Part shown: piece after piece, positions 23,801 to 36,400 of the stretch
Position numbering within the stretch: the first letter of the stretch is position 1
How the letters are laid out: each line of letters starts with the position of its first letter
NCBI GenBank assembly: GCA_048213135.1
Contig: PS015169.1
Location: forward strand, 85,733-134,017
Source of the DNA: Reclinomonas americana ATCC 50394
Taxonomy: Eukaryota
Length of the DNA: 48,285 nt
Direction: 5' to 3'
Program-made: the position numbers and the translations under genes
The notes under the pieces: generated by a model
Database searches by the model: none
Seen by the model: only the letters and a program-made list of their open reading frames with translations
What the model was told of the DNA's origin: nothing

Positions 23801-26800
23801 GGGAAAGAGGAGAAGGGATGTGAGGGGAATGGATGCGAGGAAAAGGGGAAGGGGAAGAGGGAACGGGGTGTGAGCGGTGAGGAGAAGGGAAAAGACGAGA
23901 AGAGGAGTGCGGGAAGGAATTTGAGGGGACGAAGAAAGAGGAGAAGAATTCTCGAGGAGAGGGAATGAGAGAAGGGGAGTGAAGAGAAGGCAACATGGGG
24001 CAGGGGATGAGGAGAAAATGATGCGGGGATGGGGAGTGAGGAAAGGAGAACGAGGAGAGAATAATGGGCGGTGAGAAGAATGACAGGAAACGAGAAGCGG
24101 GATGAGGAGAATGGGCATGAGAAGCAGTGCGAGGAGAAGGAGATGCGGAATAACAGGAGTATGGGAAGGGGTGTGATGTAGTCGATCCACATGAGCCACA
24201 GAACAGACAAAGAGTCGCATACGACACAAACTCACCCTGCATAGGCGCACTGAAGCCAAATGGATCAACGAGAGCAGCAGCAGCGTGCGACACGACCGGC
24301 GGATGCGCGACCGCGTGCATCGACTGCGGCAGCGGCGGCGGCGGCGGTGTCCATTGCGGCGGTGCAGGTTGCGCGGCTGCTGGCGGCTGTTGTTCCTGCT
24401 GCGCCGGCTCGTCCTCCCCAAACAGGCGCTTGCCTGCAACATGAGAGGATGAGCAACCAACACATCAACGCACTCGCATGTCAACGCACCCGCATTGAGG
24501 CTGCTGCGCAAGTCGGCCTCAAAGTTCGCCGCGGCCTTGGAGATGAGCTCGTTCACGCTGAGCGACGAAGCTCCCGCCGGCTTGGCGGGTGGCGGATCGT
24601 GAACGTGGCGCTTCACGGTCACATGCGCGTGCTCTGTTCGCTGCAGAGCACCCACTTGCTCGAGACGCACAGCACCGAGCGAGACTTCATCCTCCTTGAC
24701 CAGCGACTCTTGCTGCGCCTTGCCGGGCACATACAGCGGCTTGGGCAGGTCGTCGTCTTCGAGGACGGCAGCGGTGGGAGCGGCAGGAGGCGGTATGGGT
24801 AGAGAGGCGAAGGGTGCTGGTGCTGGTGCTGGAGGAGCAGGAGGAGTGATGCGTTGTTGCTGTTGCTGTGGATCGGGGGCCACAGTGTCCGTCGCGCTGC
24901 GCGATGGGGAGGGGAAAGTGAGGTCGAGTGTAGCACGTGCACATGGAAGTAGGGGAGACTGCACACCTCTGGAACTCTGAAAAATCGTCGTCATCGTCGT
25001 CAGCCGTTCTTGGCGCCATTGGCTGCACTGCGGGGGGTGCGATGGGTGGAGGAGCGGTGTAGGGTGGCATGGAGGGGGGTGGGCCGGCGGGGGGTGCGGC
25101 GTAGGGGTAGCCGTAGTGCGGGGCGGGTTGTGGTGGGTAGCCGTAGGGAGCGGGGGGCATCTAAAGAGGGAAGGGGGGGGGGGAGAGTAAGGGAAAGGGT
25201 GAGTGAGGCAAGGAACAAAACATAAAACNNNNNNNNNNNNNNNNNNNNNNNNNNNNNNNNNNNNNNNNNNNNNNNNNNNNNNNNNNNNNNNNNNNNNNNN
25301 NNNNNNNNNNNNNNNNNNNNNNNNNNNNNNNNNNNNNGGAGAGGGAGAGGGAGGAGGGAGGAGGGAGGAGGGAGGAGGGAGGAGGGAGGAGGGAGGAGAG
25401 AGGAGGGAGAGGGAGAGGGAGAGGGAGAGGAAAGAAAAAATGAGACGGAGACAATCACCGTGGAGATACAAAGAGGCAGAAAGACAAAGGATGCGAAAGA
25501 GAGAAGCAAGAGAGTATGTCAGCACGGAGACGACACTAAAATAAAGGAGTGACATCGCATTTTCCCACGACGTCCACGATGATTGAGTGGAATAGAGAGA
25601 GAAGAGAGATTGAGAGGAAGGGAGAGGGAGCTGAGTCCGAACATGGGCTGACAGAAACGCAGAGAACAAGAGAAGCAAGCAGAGATAGTGAGAGATCAAC
25701 GATTCAGAGAAAGCGAGGAAGACAGAGCCCTCGGAGACAGAAAAAAGATGGAGAATGAGACAAAACAAGGGCAATACGAGCGAGAGAGAGAGAGGCAGAG
25801 GTAGAGTGAGGGAGAAAGAGTCCGCATCGAGTGTGAGGAAGAAACAGTCAAAGAGAAGTACAAGACAATGCGAGAAACAAACTGAGACGAGTGGGACGAG
25901 AGACAAGGAAGAAAGAGAAGGAAGAAACAGAAGGAGAGAGAGAATGAAGAGAGAGAAGGAAGAGAGAGAGAGTGAAAGAAAGAAAGACAACACACAGATC
26001 GGAACCAGATGTCTTGTGGAAGTTGAACAAGACAACAAGCTCACCTCTGGAGCGCCCCACGTCCGTGGTGAAGCCATCGGCGCAGCATGTTGATAGGCCT
26101 ACAAAAATGGGAGGTGAGTGATGAATGCGCATGCGGCACACGTGTGTCGTGCTTTACCTCCGGCGCGTGCATGGGCTGCGTTCATCCGAAAAGAGTGAGT
26201 GAAAGTAATACGTCAGACACACAGCCCTATTCACACACCTCTGCACCCCATGTACGTGGCGAGGCCATTGGCGGCTGTGCGTGGTACCCGTGCGGCTGCC
26301 GCGAAGGTATTAGAGAGCGACCGGTTAACACATCAGTAGAGAAACAAACCGGCGGCACTCCGTAGGGAGCATGCAGTGGCGGAACCGCGGCGTATGGAGA
26401 CGGCTGTGATGCGATGCACAGATCAGCACCTGTCTGTGAAATGAATGAAGCCTTGTTCATCGCACCTCTGGCGGACGACCACCATACGCCGGAGCTGGTG
26501 GGTAGCCGTGCATTGGCTGTCAAGACGCACATCGTCAGACGAAAAAGAGGAGCAGAAGACAAGCGACGGGTGACACACGTACATCGACGGGCGGATAATA
26601 GGGATGTGCGGGAGCGGCGCCATACGGCTGTGGGGAAAAAGTGAGCGACTCGCACGGCGTTCCTCATCCCAAGAATCGAACTCACATCTGGCGCACCCGC
26701 GCCATACAACGGCGGCACGGGTGGCTGCTGCTGCGGGTGCGATGGATAGCTGGCGGCAGGTGGGTATCCGGCATGTGGCTGTGAGTGCACCCAAACGAGT

Positions 26801-27119
26801 AAGTTTCCTCTTCCGTACAGCAGTGCATGTGCATGGACAAACATCTACGGGTCGTGGGGCCGCTGGCTGTGGTGCCGGTGCGGGTGCAGCAGCAGCAGCA
26901 GCAGGCGGCCTTGATGCTGCGGCGGCAGGAGCGGCTGGTATTGCGGGCTGTGCGACAACACGTGAGTGGACGATGAGGACACAGAATTGTTGCAGACATG
27001 TCCGCACCGAGCTGAACATGGGTGGGGGGGCGGCATCGGCGCCGGACGATTGGAAGGAGCTCCAGTCGTCGTCGTCGTCGCCCTTGTTGCCGGAGGAGGA
27101 GGCGGCGGGCTTGCGGCCG
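19301..27119 (-). CDS. Gamma-synergin-like clathrin adaptor (AP-1 gamma-ear) accessory protein; both ends lie in gaps
   Basis: Repeated acidic-aromatic motifs DDDWSSF, DDDFSEF, DGDEWESF and DDEWAEF typical of gamma-adaptin-ear ligands; Pro/Tyr-rich region; helical C-terminal domain (ECEWVRLLRQCEQML...VVEALTRVASVAYWVSLAL) reminiscent of the synergin-gamma C-terminus. Junctions checked are GT-AG and phase-consistent. Confidence 0.6.
19907..20311. repeat. Intronic 10-nt tandem repeat AACAGAAGGA
   Basis: Directly visible, with variants AGCAGAAGGA and AAAGAGAAGGA. Confidence 0.95.
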
Positions 27120-27145
27120 NNNNNNNNNNNNNNNNNNNNCTACTA

Positions 27146-27219
<74 letters not shown>

Positions 27220-27676
27220 GTCTCTCTCTGATCTCCACTCACTCTCTCACACACGCATTCGCTGCATTCACTCACTCCTTGTCTTCTCTCTCTCTCTTCT
27301 TGCCTCTCTCTTTCACTCTCTCTTCTCCCTTCCTTTCTCACACACGTAAGCACTGCATACCTACACTTTGCGCACTCACCCCTTTCTGTGCTGCCGCCTC
27401 TCCCTCTCTCACACTTCTCTCCTCTCTCCTCCCCCTTTCCTCTCCTTTCTCTCTTCTCTCCCCCTTTCCTCTTCCACTCTCCCACTCTCCCACTCCTCCC
27501 ACTGTCTCCCTGTCTCTCTCCCCTCTCCTCGCTCTCTCTCTCTCTTCCTTCCTCCTCCCTTCATCTTTCCTTTCCTTTCTCATTCCTCCATTCCCCCCCT
27601 CCCCTCCTCCCTTACCTTCCTTCCTTCCTCCTCCCCCTCTACTCACCCTCTCTCATTTCTTTGTTTGTTTCTCCAG

Positions 27677-30224
27677 ATGGACTCACGGTGAACACGCGCT
27701 CCGGACCTATCCGCGGCTACATGCGCGATGGAGTGCGGCTGTTCTTGGGAGTGCCGTTTGCGCAGCCGCCGGTGGGAGATTTGCGGTGGGCGAACCCGGT
27801 GCGCGAGAATGCGTGGATGTCGGTGAGGGGTGAGTATGACAGCCGGAGGGGGAAGGAAAGGGAGGCAGGAGGAGAAGAGATGAGAAAACAGAGACATCAC
27901 GAGATGGGAGAGGTCATGAGTGGCACGAATGGAGAACGTGAAAAGAGGACCCAAGTGCTGAAAGCAGAGTGCAGCATCGAGGGATCGACAGAAGCAAAGA
28001 AAGAACGAGTGACAGAATGAGACACATTCTGAGCGCGTGCGGCAGAAGCGAGATGAGGCTTAGAGCGCGTGCGGCAGAAGCGAGACGCAGTGGAGGGTTG
28101 CGAGAGGCTGGCACGTTAAGAGTGACGGCAAGTGAGATAATGAGCACGTGCGTGAGCGGCGAGAAACTCGGACTCGGTGCTGAGATAACGAGACTGGGGA
28201 GACTGTTGGAGGAAATGAGCGAGGGAACAGCGCGATTGGGTTTCTGAGTAATACCCACGCAGATGCCACGCAATTCTCGGCCGGTTGCATGCAGGATTGC
28301 GTGCTGCCGCCCAACACTTGCCCCCCGACCGCATCTCCGAGGTATGTGTCTCTCTCTCTCTCTCTCTCTCGCGCGCGCTCTCTCTCTCTCTATGCATGTG
28401 TGTGTGTGTGTCCGTCTGTATGTCCTCTTCTCTCTCTCTCTGTCTGTCTCTCCCTCTGTCTCTCCCTCTGTCTCTCCCTCTGTCTCTCCCTCTGTCTCGC
28501 CCTCTGTCTCCCTCTCTCTGTCTCTCCCTCTGTCTCTCCCTCTGTCTCTCTCGCTCTGTCTCTCTCGCTCTGTCTCTCTCGCTCTGTCTCTCTCGCTCTG
28601 TCTCTCCCGCTCTGTCTCTCTCGCTCTGTCTCTCTCGCTCTGTCTCTCTCGCTCTGTCTCTCTCGCTCNNNNNNNNNNNNNNNNNNNNTCTCCCTTTGTT
28701 TCTCCCTCTGTCTCTCCCTTCCCCTCCCTCTCCCCCCTCTGTCTCCCCCGCTCCCTCCCCACATCTCACACTCCCTTCTCCTTTACCGCCGCCAGGACTG
28801 CCTGTACCTCAACGTGTTCGCCCCGCCCGTCTCGCGCGCCACTCGCCCACTGCCGGTGATGCTCTTCCTGCACGGCGGCCGTTTTGAGCAGGGCGGTGCT
28901 GGCATCTTCCTGTATAGCGGCATGAACATTGCTAACACGACCGACACGATTGTGGTGACCACGAATTATCGTCTCGGAGCGTTCGGATATTTGGGTGAGG
29001 CGGGGGATGCAAAGAGGGAGAAAGAGTGAGAGAGAGAAGCTGAGATGTGGAGAGAGAGGAAAAAAAGGGGATAGATGCCGCGAGAAAGAGTGTGTATGTG
29101 TGAGATTCGGAGAGACTAATTTTTTCTTGAGGCGCACTTAACACGTAGTCGCCATCTCCCACCCTCCATCTCCTTCCCTCCATTTCACCCCTTCGCCACC
29201 CCCCTTCGCTCTCCCCCTTCGCTCTCCCCGTTCGCTCTCCTTCTTCGCTCTCCTTCTTCGCTCTCCCCCACCCCTTCGCTCTCCCCCTTCGCTCTTCCCC
29301 CTTCGCTCTTCCCCCTTCGCTCTTCCCCCTTTGCTCTTCCCCCTTCGCTCTTTCCCCATGCTCGTCCCCCGTTGCTCTTCCCCCTTTGCTCTTCCCCCTT
29401 TGCTCTTCCGCTCTTACCCCTTTGCTCTTACCCCTTCGGTCTTCCCTCCGTCTCACCCGCCATCTCTCCCACCACGCAGTCACCGAGGACCTTGCTGGCG
29501 ACTTTGGCACGGAGGACCAGCGCGAGGCCATGCGGGTGTGGCAGTCTCTTCCCTTGCCCACTTTCCCACTCAACTCCACTCTCGTCTCACGCATCACTCT
29601 TTGTCCGCAGTGGGTCCGCGACAGCATCGCCAACTTTGGCGGCGACCCGAACAACATTACGCTGTTTGGCCAGTCGGCCGGCGGCACCTCGATTGCCGTG
29701 CACATGGCGTCGAACAAGAGCACTGTTTCGTCTCCTTCTCCACTCTCCTCTCTCATAACGTTGTCTCACCGCTGCGGTGCGCTCGCAGGGCCTGTTCCAC
29801 CGCGCCATTATCGAGAGCAACCCGTTCGGCTTGCCGTTCAAGAACGTGAAGGAGAGCGTGCAGTTTGGTGGCGAATTCGCCAAGGTCATTGGCTGCGGCG
29901 ATCGCGATGTGTCCTGCTTGCGCGGCCGCACCCCGGCGCAAGTGGTGACGGCGCAGAAGGAGGCGAAGCACACGGACATTTTCAATGTGTTGTTGTGTGA
30001 GTTTTGGTTGCCGGCTTCATGTTCACTCTTTCGATAGTTTCCCTCGCTGCTATCTTTCTCTCGCTGTGCTCTCTCCCTCTGGCTGTGCTCTCTCGCCTCT
30101 CGCTGTGCTCTCTCGCCTCTCGCTGTGCTCTCTCGCCTCTCGCTGTGCTCTCTCGCCTCTCGCTGTGCTCTCTCCTCTCGCTGTGCTCTCTCCTCTCGCT
30201 GCGCGCGCTCTCTCTCTCGCTGTG

Positions 30225-30269
<45 letters not shown>

Positions 30270-30770
30270 GTCGTCGTCNNNNNNNNNNNNNNNNNNNNNN
30301 NNNNNNNNNNNNNNNNNNNNNNNNNNNNNNNNNNNNNNNNNNNNNNNNNNNNNNNNNNNNNNNNNNNNNNNNNNNNNNNNNNNNNNNNNNNNNNNNNNNN
30401 NNNNNNNNNNNNNNNNNNNNNNNNNNNNNNNNNNNNNNNNNNNNNNNNNNNNNNNNNNNNNNNNNNNNNNNNNNNNNNNNNNNNNNNNNNNNNNNNNNNN
30501 NNNNNNNNNNNNNNNNNNNNNNNNNNNNNNNNNNNNNNNNNNNNNNNNNNNNNNNNNNNNNNNNNNNNNNNNNNNNNNNNNNNNNNNNNNNNNNNNNNNN
30601 NNNNNNNNNNNNNNNNNNNNNNNNNNNNNNNNNNNNNNNNNNNNNNNNNTCCTCCGTCCGTCCGTCGTCGTCGTCTCGTCCTCCTCCGTCCGTCGTCGTC
30701 GTCGTCGTCTCTCCTCTCGTCGTCGTCGTCTCTCTCCTCTCGTCGTCGTCGCTCTCTCTCTCTCGTCGTC

Positions 30771-30841
<71 letters not shown>

Positions 30842-32924
30842 CATTCTCTTCCCTTCGCTGCTCTCTTCCTCTCGCTTCTCACTCCACCGTGTCCTTCCAC
30901 CTCCCTCTCGCACAGCCGTGTACCGATGGGCTCCCACTGTCGGCCACGCTGACGTCCCGGAGCAGCCGCTGGCCCTGTTCATGCGCGGCCACCTGGCCAA
31001 CCCCGTGCCGCTCATGATTGGCACGGTCGCCGAGGAGGGCTTGATGTTTATCCACATGGTCAGTGTGAATCTCATGTCCACGTTCCAGTGATAATTTGCT
31101 GAGTGGATGACAACAGGGTCTGGCCAAGCCGCTGCCATCGGTCGAGTACGACGCCATTCTTGGCCTGATTTTCAACGTCAAGGCCTTTGAGGTCCGCAAC
31201 GAGTACCCAGCGCCGTCGAACACCACCGATTACCGCGGAGTAATGTCCACTGTTGCGTGAGAACGTGTTTTTATGCACTGAAGGCGCTGAGAAGGACTCA
31301 CACTTGTGTGCTCGGCAGATGGGCACTGATTACATTTTCTCGTGCCCGGCTCGTGCCATTCTCAATGCGTTGCGTTGTACATTGTCCGGATTCGGCGCTG
31401 TTGGTGTGTGTGCCTCACGTTTCTTGTCAACAGCTACTTGAAGTACTGGCCCAGCACCCCGGCGTTTGTCTACTTCTTCGACCGCCCGCTGCCGTTCCCG
31501 GGAGTGTGGGTGAGTGTGGTGGGAGAGGGTGAAGGCGAGAGGAGAGAAGAGGAGAAGGTACAGTGCAAAAGATGAGTCGAGGAGCGAGAAACGAAGATGA
31601 GAGTTGGCAAGAATGTTAGGAAAGTGTAACAGATACATCAGTGAGGGAAGAGCACAAGAGAAAAGGTGCACGTGGATAATATGGCTCTATTCTCAACATT
31701 GGTAGCACGATTGTTAACAGTTTTAGTCGTTGAAGGAAGCACACTAGACTTGTTGGCGATCGTTTTAGATGCACATTGTGGTGTTATTGTGTCGAGACAA
31801 GTGAAAGCCTCTCAATCCCTCACCCTCCCCCCTGTGCTCTCCCCCCTGTGCTCTCCCCCCTGTGCTCTCCCCCTTCGCTCTCCCCCTTTGCTCTCCCCCT
31901 TTGCTTCCCCCTTTGCTTCCCCCATTGCTCTCCCCCCCTTGCTCTTCCCCCATTGCTTTCCCCCATTGCTCTCCCCCTTCGCTCTCCCCCCTTTGCTCTC
32001 CCCTCATTGCTCTCCCCCTTTGCTTCCCCCTTTGCTCTCCCCCATTGCTTTCCCCCATTGCTCTCCCCCCTTTGCTCTCCCCTCATTGCTCTCCCCCTTT
32101 TCCCATCCGCCTTCGCTCTCCCCCCATTGCTCTCCCCCAATGCTCTCCGCCCTTGCTCCCCCCTTGCTCTTCCCCTTTCGCTCTTCCCCTCAATGCTCTC
32201 CCCCATTGCTCTCCCCTTCGCTCTCCCCCCTTTGCNNNNNNNNNNNNNNNNNNNNNNNNNNNNNNNNNNNNNNNNNNNNNNNNNNNNNNNNNNNNNNNNN
32301 NNNNNNNNNNNNNNNNNNNNNNNNNNNNNNNNNNNNNNNNNNNNNNNNNNNNNNNNNNNNNNNNNNNNNNNNNNNNNNNNNNNNNNNNNNNNNNNNNNNN
32401 NNNNNNNNNNNNNNNNNNNNNNNNNNNNNNNNNNNNNNNNNNNNNNNNNNNNNNNNNNNNNNNNNNNNNNNNNNNNNNNNNNNNNNNNNNNNNNNNNNNN
32501 NNNNNNNNNNNNNNNNNNNNNNNNCCTCCCCCACTTGCCCTCCCCCCTTTGCTCTCCCCCATCCCCTTCCCCCCTTCTCACCCCTTCCCCCTTACAGGGC
32601 CCCGACTACTCCTACTGCGACGGCCACGCCTGCCACGGCTCCGAGCTGGCATTCGTGTTCGATAGCCCCAAGCCGGCGATGAACCTGCAGTTCCCGTCCG
32701 ACGATCAGCACGTGTCGGACAGCATTGCCAGCTACTTTGCGGCGTTTGCCGACAATGTGAAGCCCGATCCGAATCCCGCCACCTCGCGCCTCTCCTACTG
32801 GCCGGCGTGGGAGTCGCAGAAGCAGCTGTCTATGGGCTTCGACTGGCCGTTGCAGGTGCAGTCGGGACGCAACAGCGACAAGTGTGATTTCTGGGACAAG
32901 GTCGGGTATGAGACGGGGGTGTGA
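27677..32924 (+). CDS. Type-B carboxylesterase/cholinesterase family protein (5' exon missing; one apparent frameshift)
   Basis: FLGVPFAQPPVGDLRW, SEDCLYLNVF, oxyanion loop HGGRF, NYRLGAFGYL, WVRDSIANFGGDPNNITLFGQSAGG (nucleophile Ser), GTVAEEG (Glu), CHGSEL (His). Stop at 32922-32924. The frame breaks at the C6 run 28321-28326. Confidence 0.93.
28425..32235. repeat. Several pyrimidine-rich 12-18-nt minisatellites in carboxylesterase introns
   Basis: CTCTGTCTCTCC/CTCTGTCTCTCTCG units at about 28440-28668, CCCTTCGCTCTCC-type at about 29200-29440, TCGCTGTGCTCTCTCGCC at about 30060-30230, TTGCTCTCCCCC-type at about 31830-32235. Confidence 0.9.
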
Positions 32925-33459
32925 GCGGAGGAAGAGGAGGAGGTAGGGGAAGAGAGGAGAATGAATTCGGCGAGGTGAGGTCGGAGTGGGCGGGGATGGA
33001 AGGGCGAGAAAGAGGAAAGTTAAATAGAAGGACGAAGAGACCGATAGAGAGATAGAGAGAGCGAGAGGTTGAACGAGAGCGGGGCAGAGAGAGAAGCAAT
33101 TTGTTGGGTTGAGTAAGCTGCAACAGAGTACGGGCTGCCTTGCGCTGCGCGCAAGTCGCTGTCCCGGGGTCCACACTATGCATCGTGATGCACTGAGCCG
33201 TGATGAAGAGGGTGAGAAATGGAGAACTAAGGCGGCTTCAACCGCATAGTCCACAAGTTTCATCGTTTGTCCAACGCTGCAAGGGTTTCATGCAAACTGT
33301 TGATGAGGCAGAAATGGCGCGATCGCGAGAAGCGCAACAGTTTTCCAGTCGTGCACCACTTTTCATGATATGATCACTCTTTACGCGATGGACGATGGGT
33401 TTCACAGTTTCAAGAGCTGCTGAAATCGAGGAAATTTCATCTTTCTTTGTATTGCAACC

Positions 33460-36400
33460 ATGCGACAGCGCATTGTCGCTCTTCTCCTGCTCTGCATTGT
33501 GTTTGCCCATGTGCTGCTCTCCATTGTGCATGCGGTTGCCGCGGTGGTCAGTGCATGCGCTGTTAGCAGTGCTTCTTTGCAAATGCCTCACTCTTTACGT
33601 GCGTGCATGCACGCAGGATGTCACTGACAACGACGATGATGATGATGATGTTGATGATGATGACGACGACGAGGATGACGATGTCGATGATGTTGGCGAA
33701 GAGCAAAAGCATGAATCACCCCCACCGCCACCACCACCCCCGCCCCCGCCTCCTCAGTCATCTCGCTTGACATCTGCTCTCGTTATTGCGGGTTTGTTGT
33801 ATTAGCACATGTATTTAGCAGCGTCCCCCACCTGAAGTCACTCGCTGTGAGCAGCTGGACACATGAGTGACACGTTGCGAGTGTCATTGGATGCTATCGC
33901 CGCACTCGGCAACACACTGGCTACCTCCAAGCTCTTCAGCGGTGACAAGTTGGTCTCTGACGAGTCGGACGTGTTTCCAGTGGTCGTGGTCGCGGGCTTG
34001 CAGAGCTCGGTGAGCCTCTCTCGAACTTATTGCCGACTGCACCAGCGCATTGACATTTGGCGTGCGCGTACAGGGGAAGTCCTCGCTTCTGGAGCTTCTC
34101 AGTGGCGTCGCTGCTTTTCCCACTGATGTGGGCTTTTGCACCAAGTCACCAATCATTTTTCGCTATGTGCCCGTGGAGGCAAGCGACAGCTCTGTTGGCG
34201 TGCCGCCAAAATCAGCTGTTGTGACGTTGAAGTTACCCGGACGGGCAGAGCCAGTGTCGCATGTGGTGAACATGTATGATGATGATCATGTACAACAGAC
34301 TTTTAGGTGTGTTAACAAAGAGGAGAAGCGCGTGGGAGAGCAGGCATTCTAAATTGCAGAGATAGTCAGTGGATATTTTGCAAGTGTGATGAGAGAAAGA
34401 CCGTGCAGCGGCCTTTGTGTCCTCGCCGCTAATCACGCTCTCTGGTGTACACTTTCTTCTCACTTTTTCCGCTTCCTCTTACAGGAAGATCCAGGAGCGC
34501 ATCGTCAAATTCTACGACTCCATTGGCGACGGCTTGACAGAAGATACGGTCGTCATCAGTGTTCGAGCTCCAGGCCTCCTGCCGTTTATGTTTGTCGATC
34601 TGCCAGGCATGACCGCCGTTGCGTGCTCCTGTGCGAGGCCTCTTGTGTGCGTCCACTTGTGTACCGATGTGTGCCGTTCTTGCAGATTGGTGCACGTCGG
34701 GCCACATCCGAGAGTATAACCAGAAAGTACGCTACTCGCAAGAGTACGGTAGTGCTTGCTGTGCACCCGGCAAACCAGCACCTGGAGAACGATTTCAGTC
34801 TCGGCACGTTTACGATGCAGGAGCATGCAAATACGTGCGTCGAGTGCGCGCATGTGCTTCCGAAATTTCTCTCTCTCTCTCTCCCTCCTTACCCATCTTT
34901 GTACTTGAATCTCATCTCCACTACGTCCACTCCCTCAGCATCACCATCGCCTTCACCAAGATGGACCTGGTCACTAACATGAACGAGATTGACGAGAACC
35001 TGCTGCGGCCGGCACTGACGAAGAACATCACGGCAGAGAACCCTGCAATCGCGTTCGTTCGAGGTCGTACTGTGGAACAGGGCGACCTTTCGCCGCAACA
35101 GCTCCTTGTGAGTGAGAGCAAGTATTTTGCAAAAGCAGGTCCGCAGGTCGCTCGACTGAAGCACTTTGACCGCAACCGCGTTGTATTTGGGACACCGTCG
35201 CTGGTACTTCGCGTCGCCAAGGTAACCACCTTGTCGGGTTGTGCTGTTTCCATTATCTACGGCAGAGTGCTCAGTCGTTCCCCTCAGGCATTTGTTCACA
35301 AATTTGCTGAACACACAATTCCGATGCTGCGCGAGCTGATTAACAAGCGTGCCAAGGAAGTGGATACTGCCCTTCGCAACTGCATTTTCGGAGATAAGGA
35401 CAGTTTCATTGTCGAGGCTAGCAAGTTGCCTCAGTTGCGAGTTCTACTGGTGGACATCGCTGCGCGAGGCGATCACGCGAAGCTGTTGGTCAACTTGGCC
35501 AGCGGCGTGTTCCAGGCCGACTTTCGCCAAGCAGTTCTTCGCGGGTCCGTCCGTGATGCCGTCATCTCGTCCGTGGAACAATTTCGAAGCAGTGCTGGCT
35601 CGTTTGCCGAATTCCAGGAGCGATGTGATCGCGCTGTCAATGCTGTTGACGAAGCGATCCGCCGAGCGCTGGAACAGACGTATGCAAAGCACAAGGCGGT
35701 ACGTGTACTGTGCGGCTGCTGGATGAAATACAGTCTCTACTTGGTGCACTCACAGTCGTATGCTGCTTGTGCAGGCATATGGTACAGTCCTGCCGTATTT
35801 ATATATCTGTTGTTCTTGTCGGCTGCTGACTCCGGAACCGTCTCGTCGAATTTTACAGACCGCATCGTTGGCTTCCGACATGCGATCACAGAACTGATAT
35901 CTGCGAAAGCGATTCCTCCTTTGCACGCAAAAGTCAAGGCTGCGGTCCCGCCAGTGTTGCAACGGCTGCAGGCATTTGCGGAAGCCTACAACGTACGTCA
36001 CTTTTCGTTGCTGCGAAACGCGGTAGATCTCTTCTAATTGGCGGTGTCCAAATAGGTGCCGTTTGTGCACCCTCGGGATCCACAGCACCCGTATGACGCC
36101 AAGTTCATGTGGACACTGCAAGTCAGTGTGGTGGTGTTCAGCAAAATCCACGAATTGCTGATAAATGCTGTCAAGGACGATATTGACAGTGTCCGTCTCT
36201 GGAAGACTGCACCGCTGGTTCGTGGTCAGCAATAGAAGTTTTCTGCATTGGTAAGTATGTGGAACTGACGTTTTTGTGAACAGGCTGCGAATGCTGCCTT
36301 GCCAGCCGGTGTGCTGTCCAGTTCGTATGTTGAGCTGTTACAGACACGATTCAACATTCACGCGCTCCAGCACCATGTGGAGGCCGTCAATAGGGCGTCG

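Noticed and set aside
33178-33372. Short plus-strand ORF/exon upstream of the dynamin-like gene (MHRDALSRDEE...)
   Set aside because: Could not be spliced in frame to anything downstream; no recognisable product.
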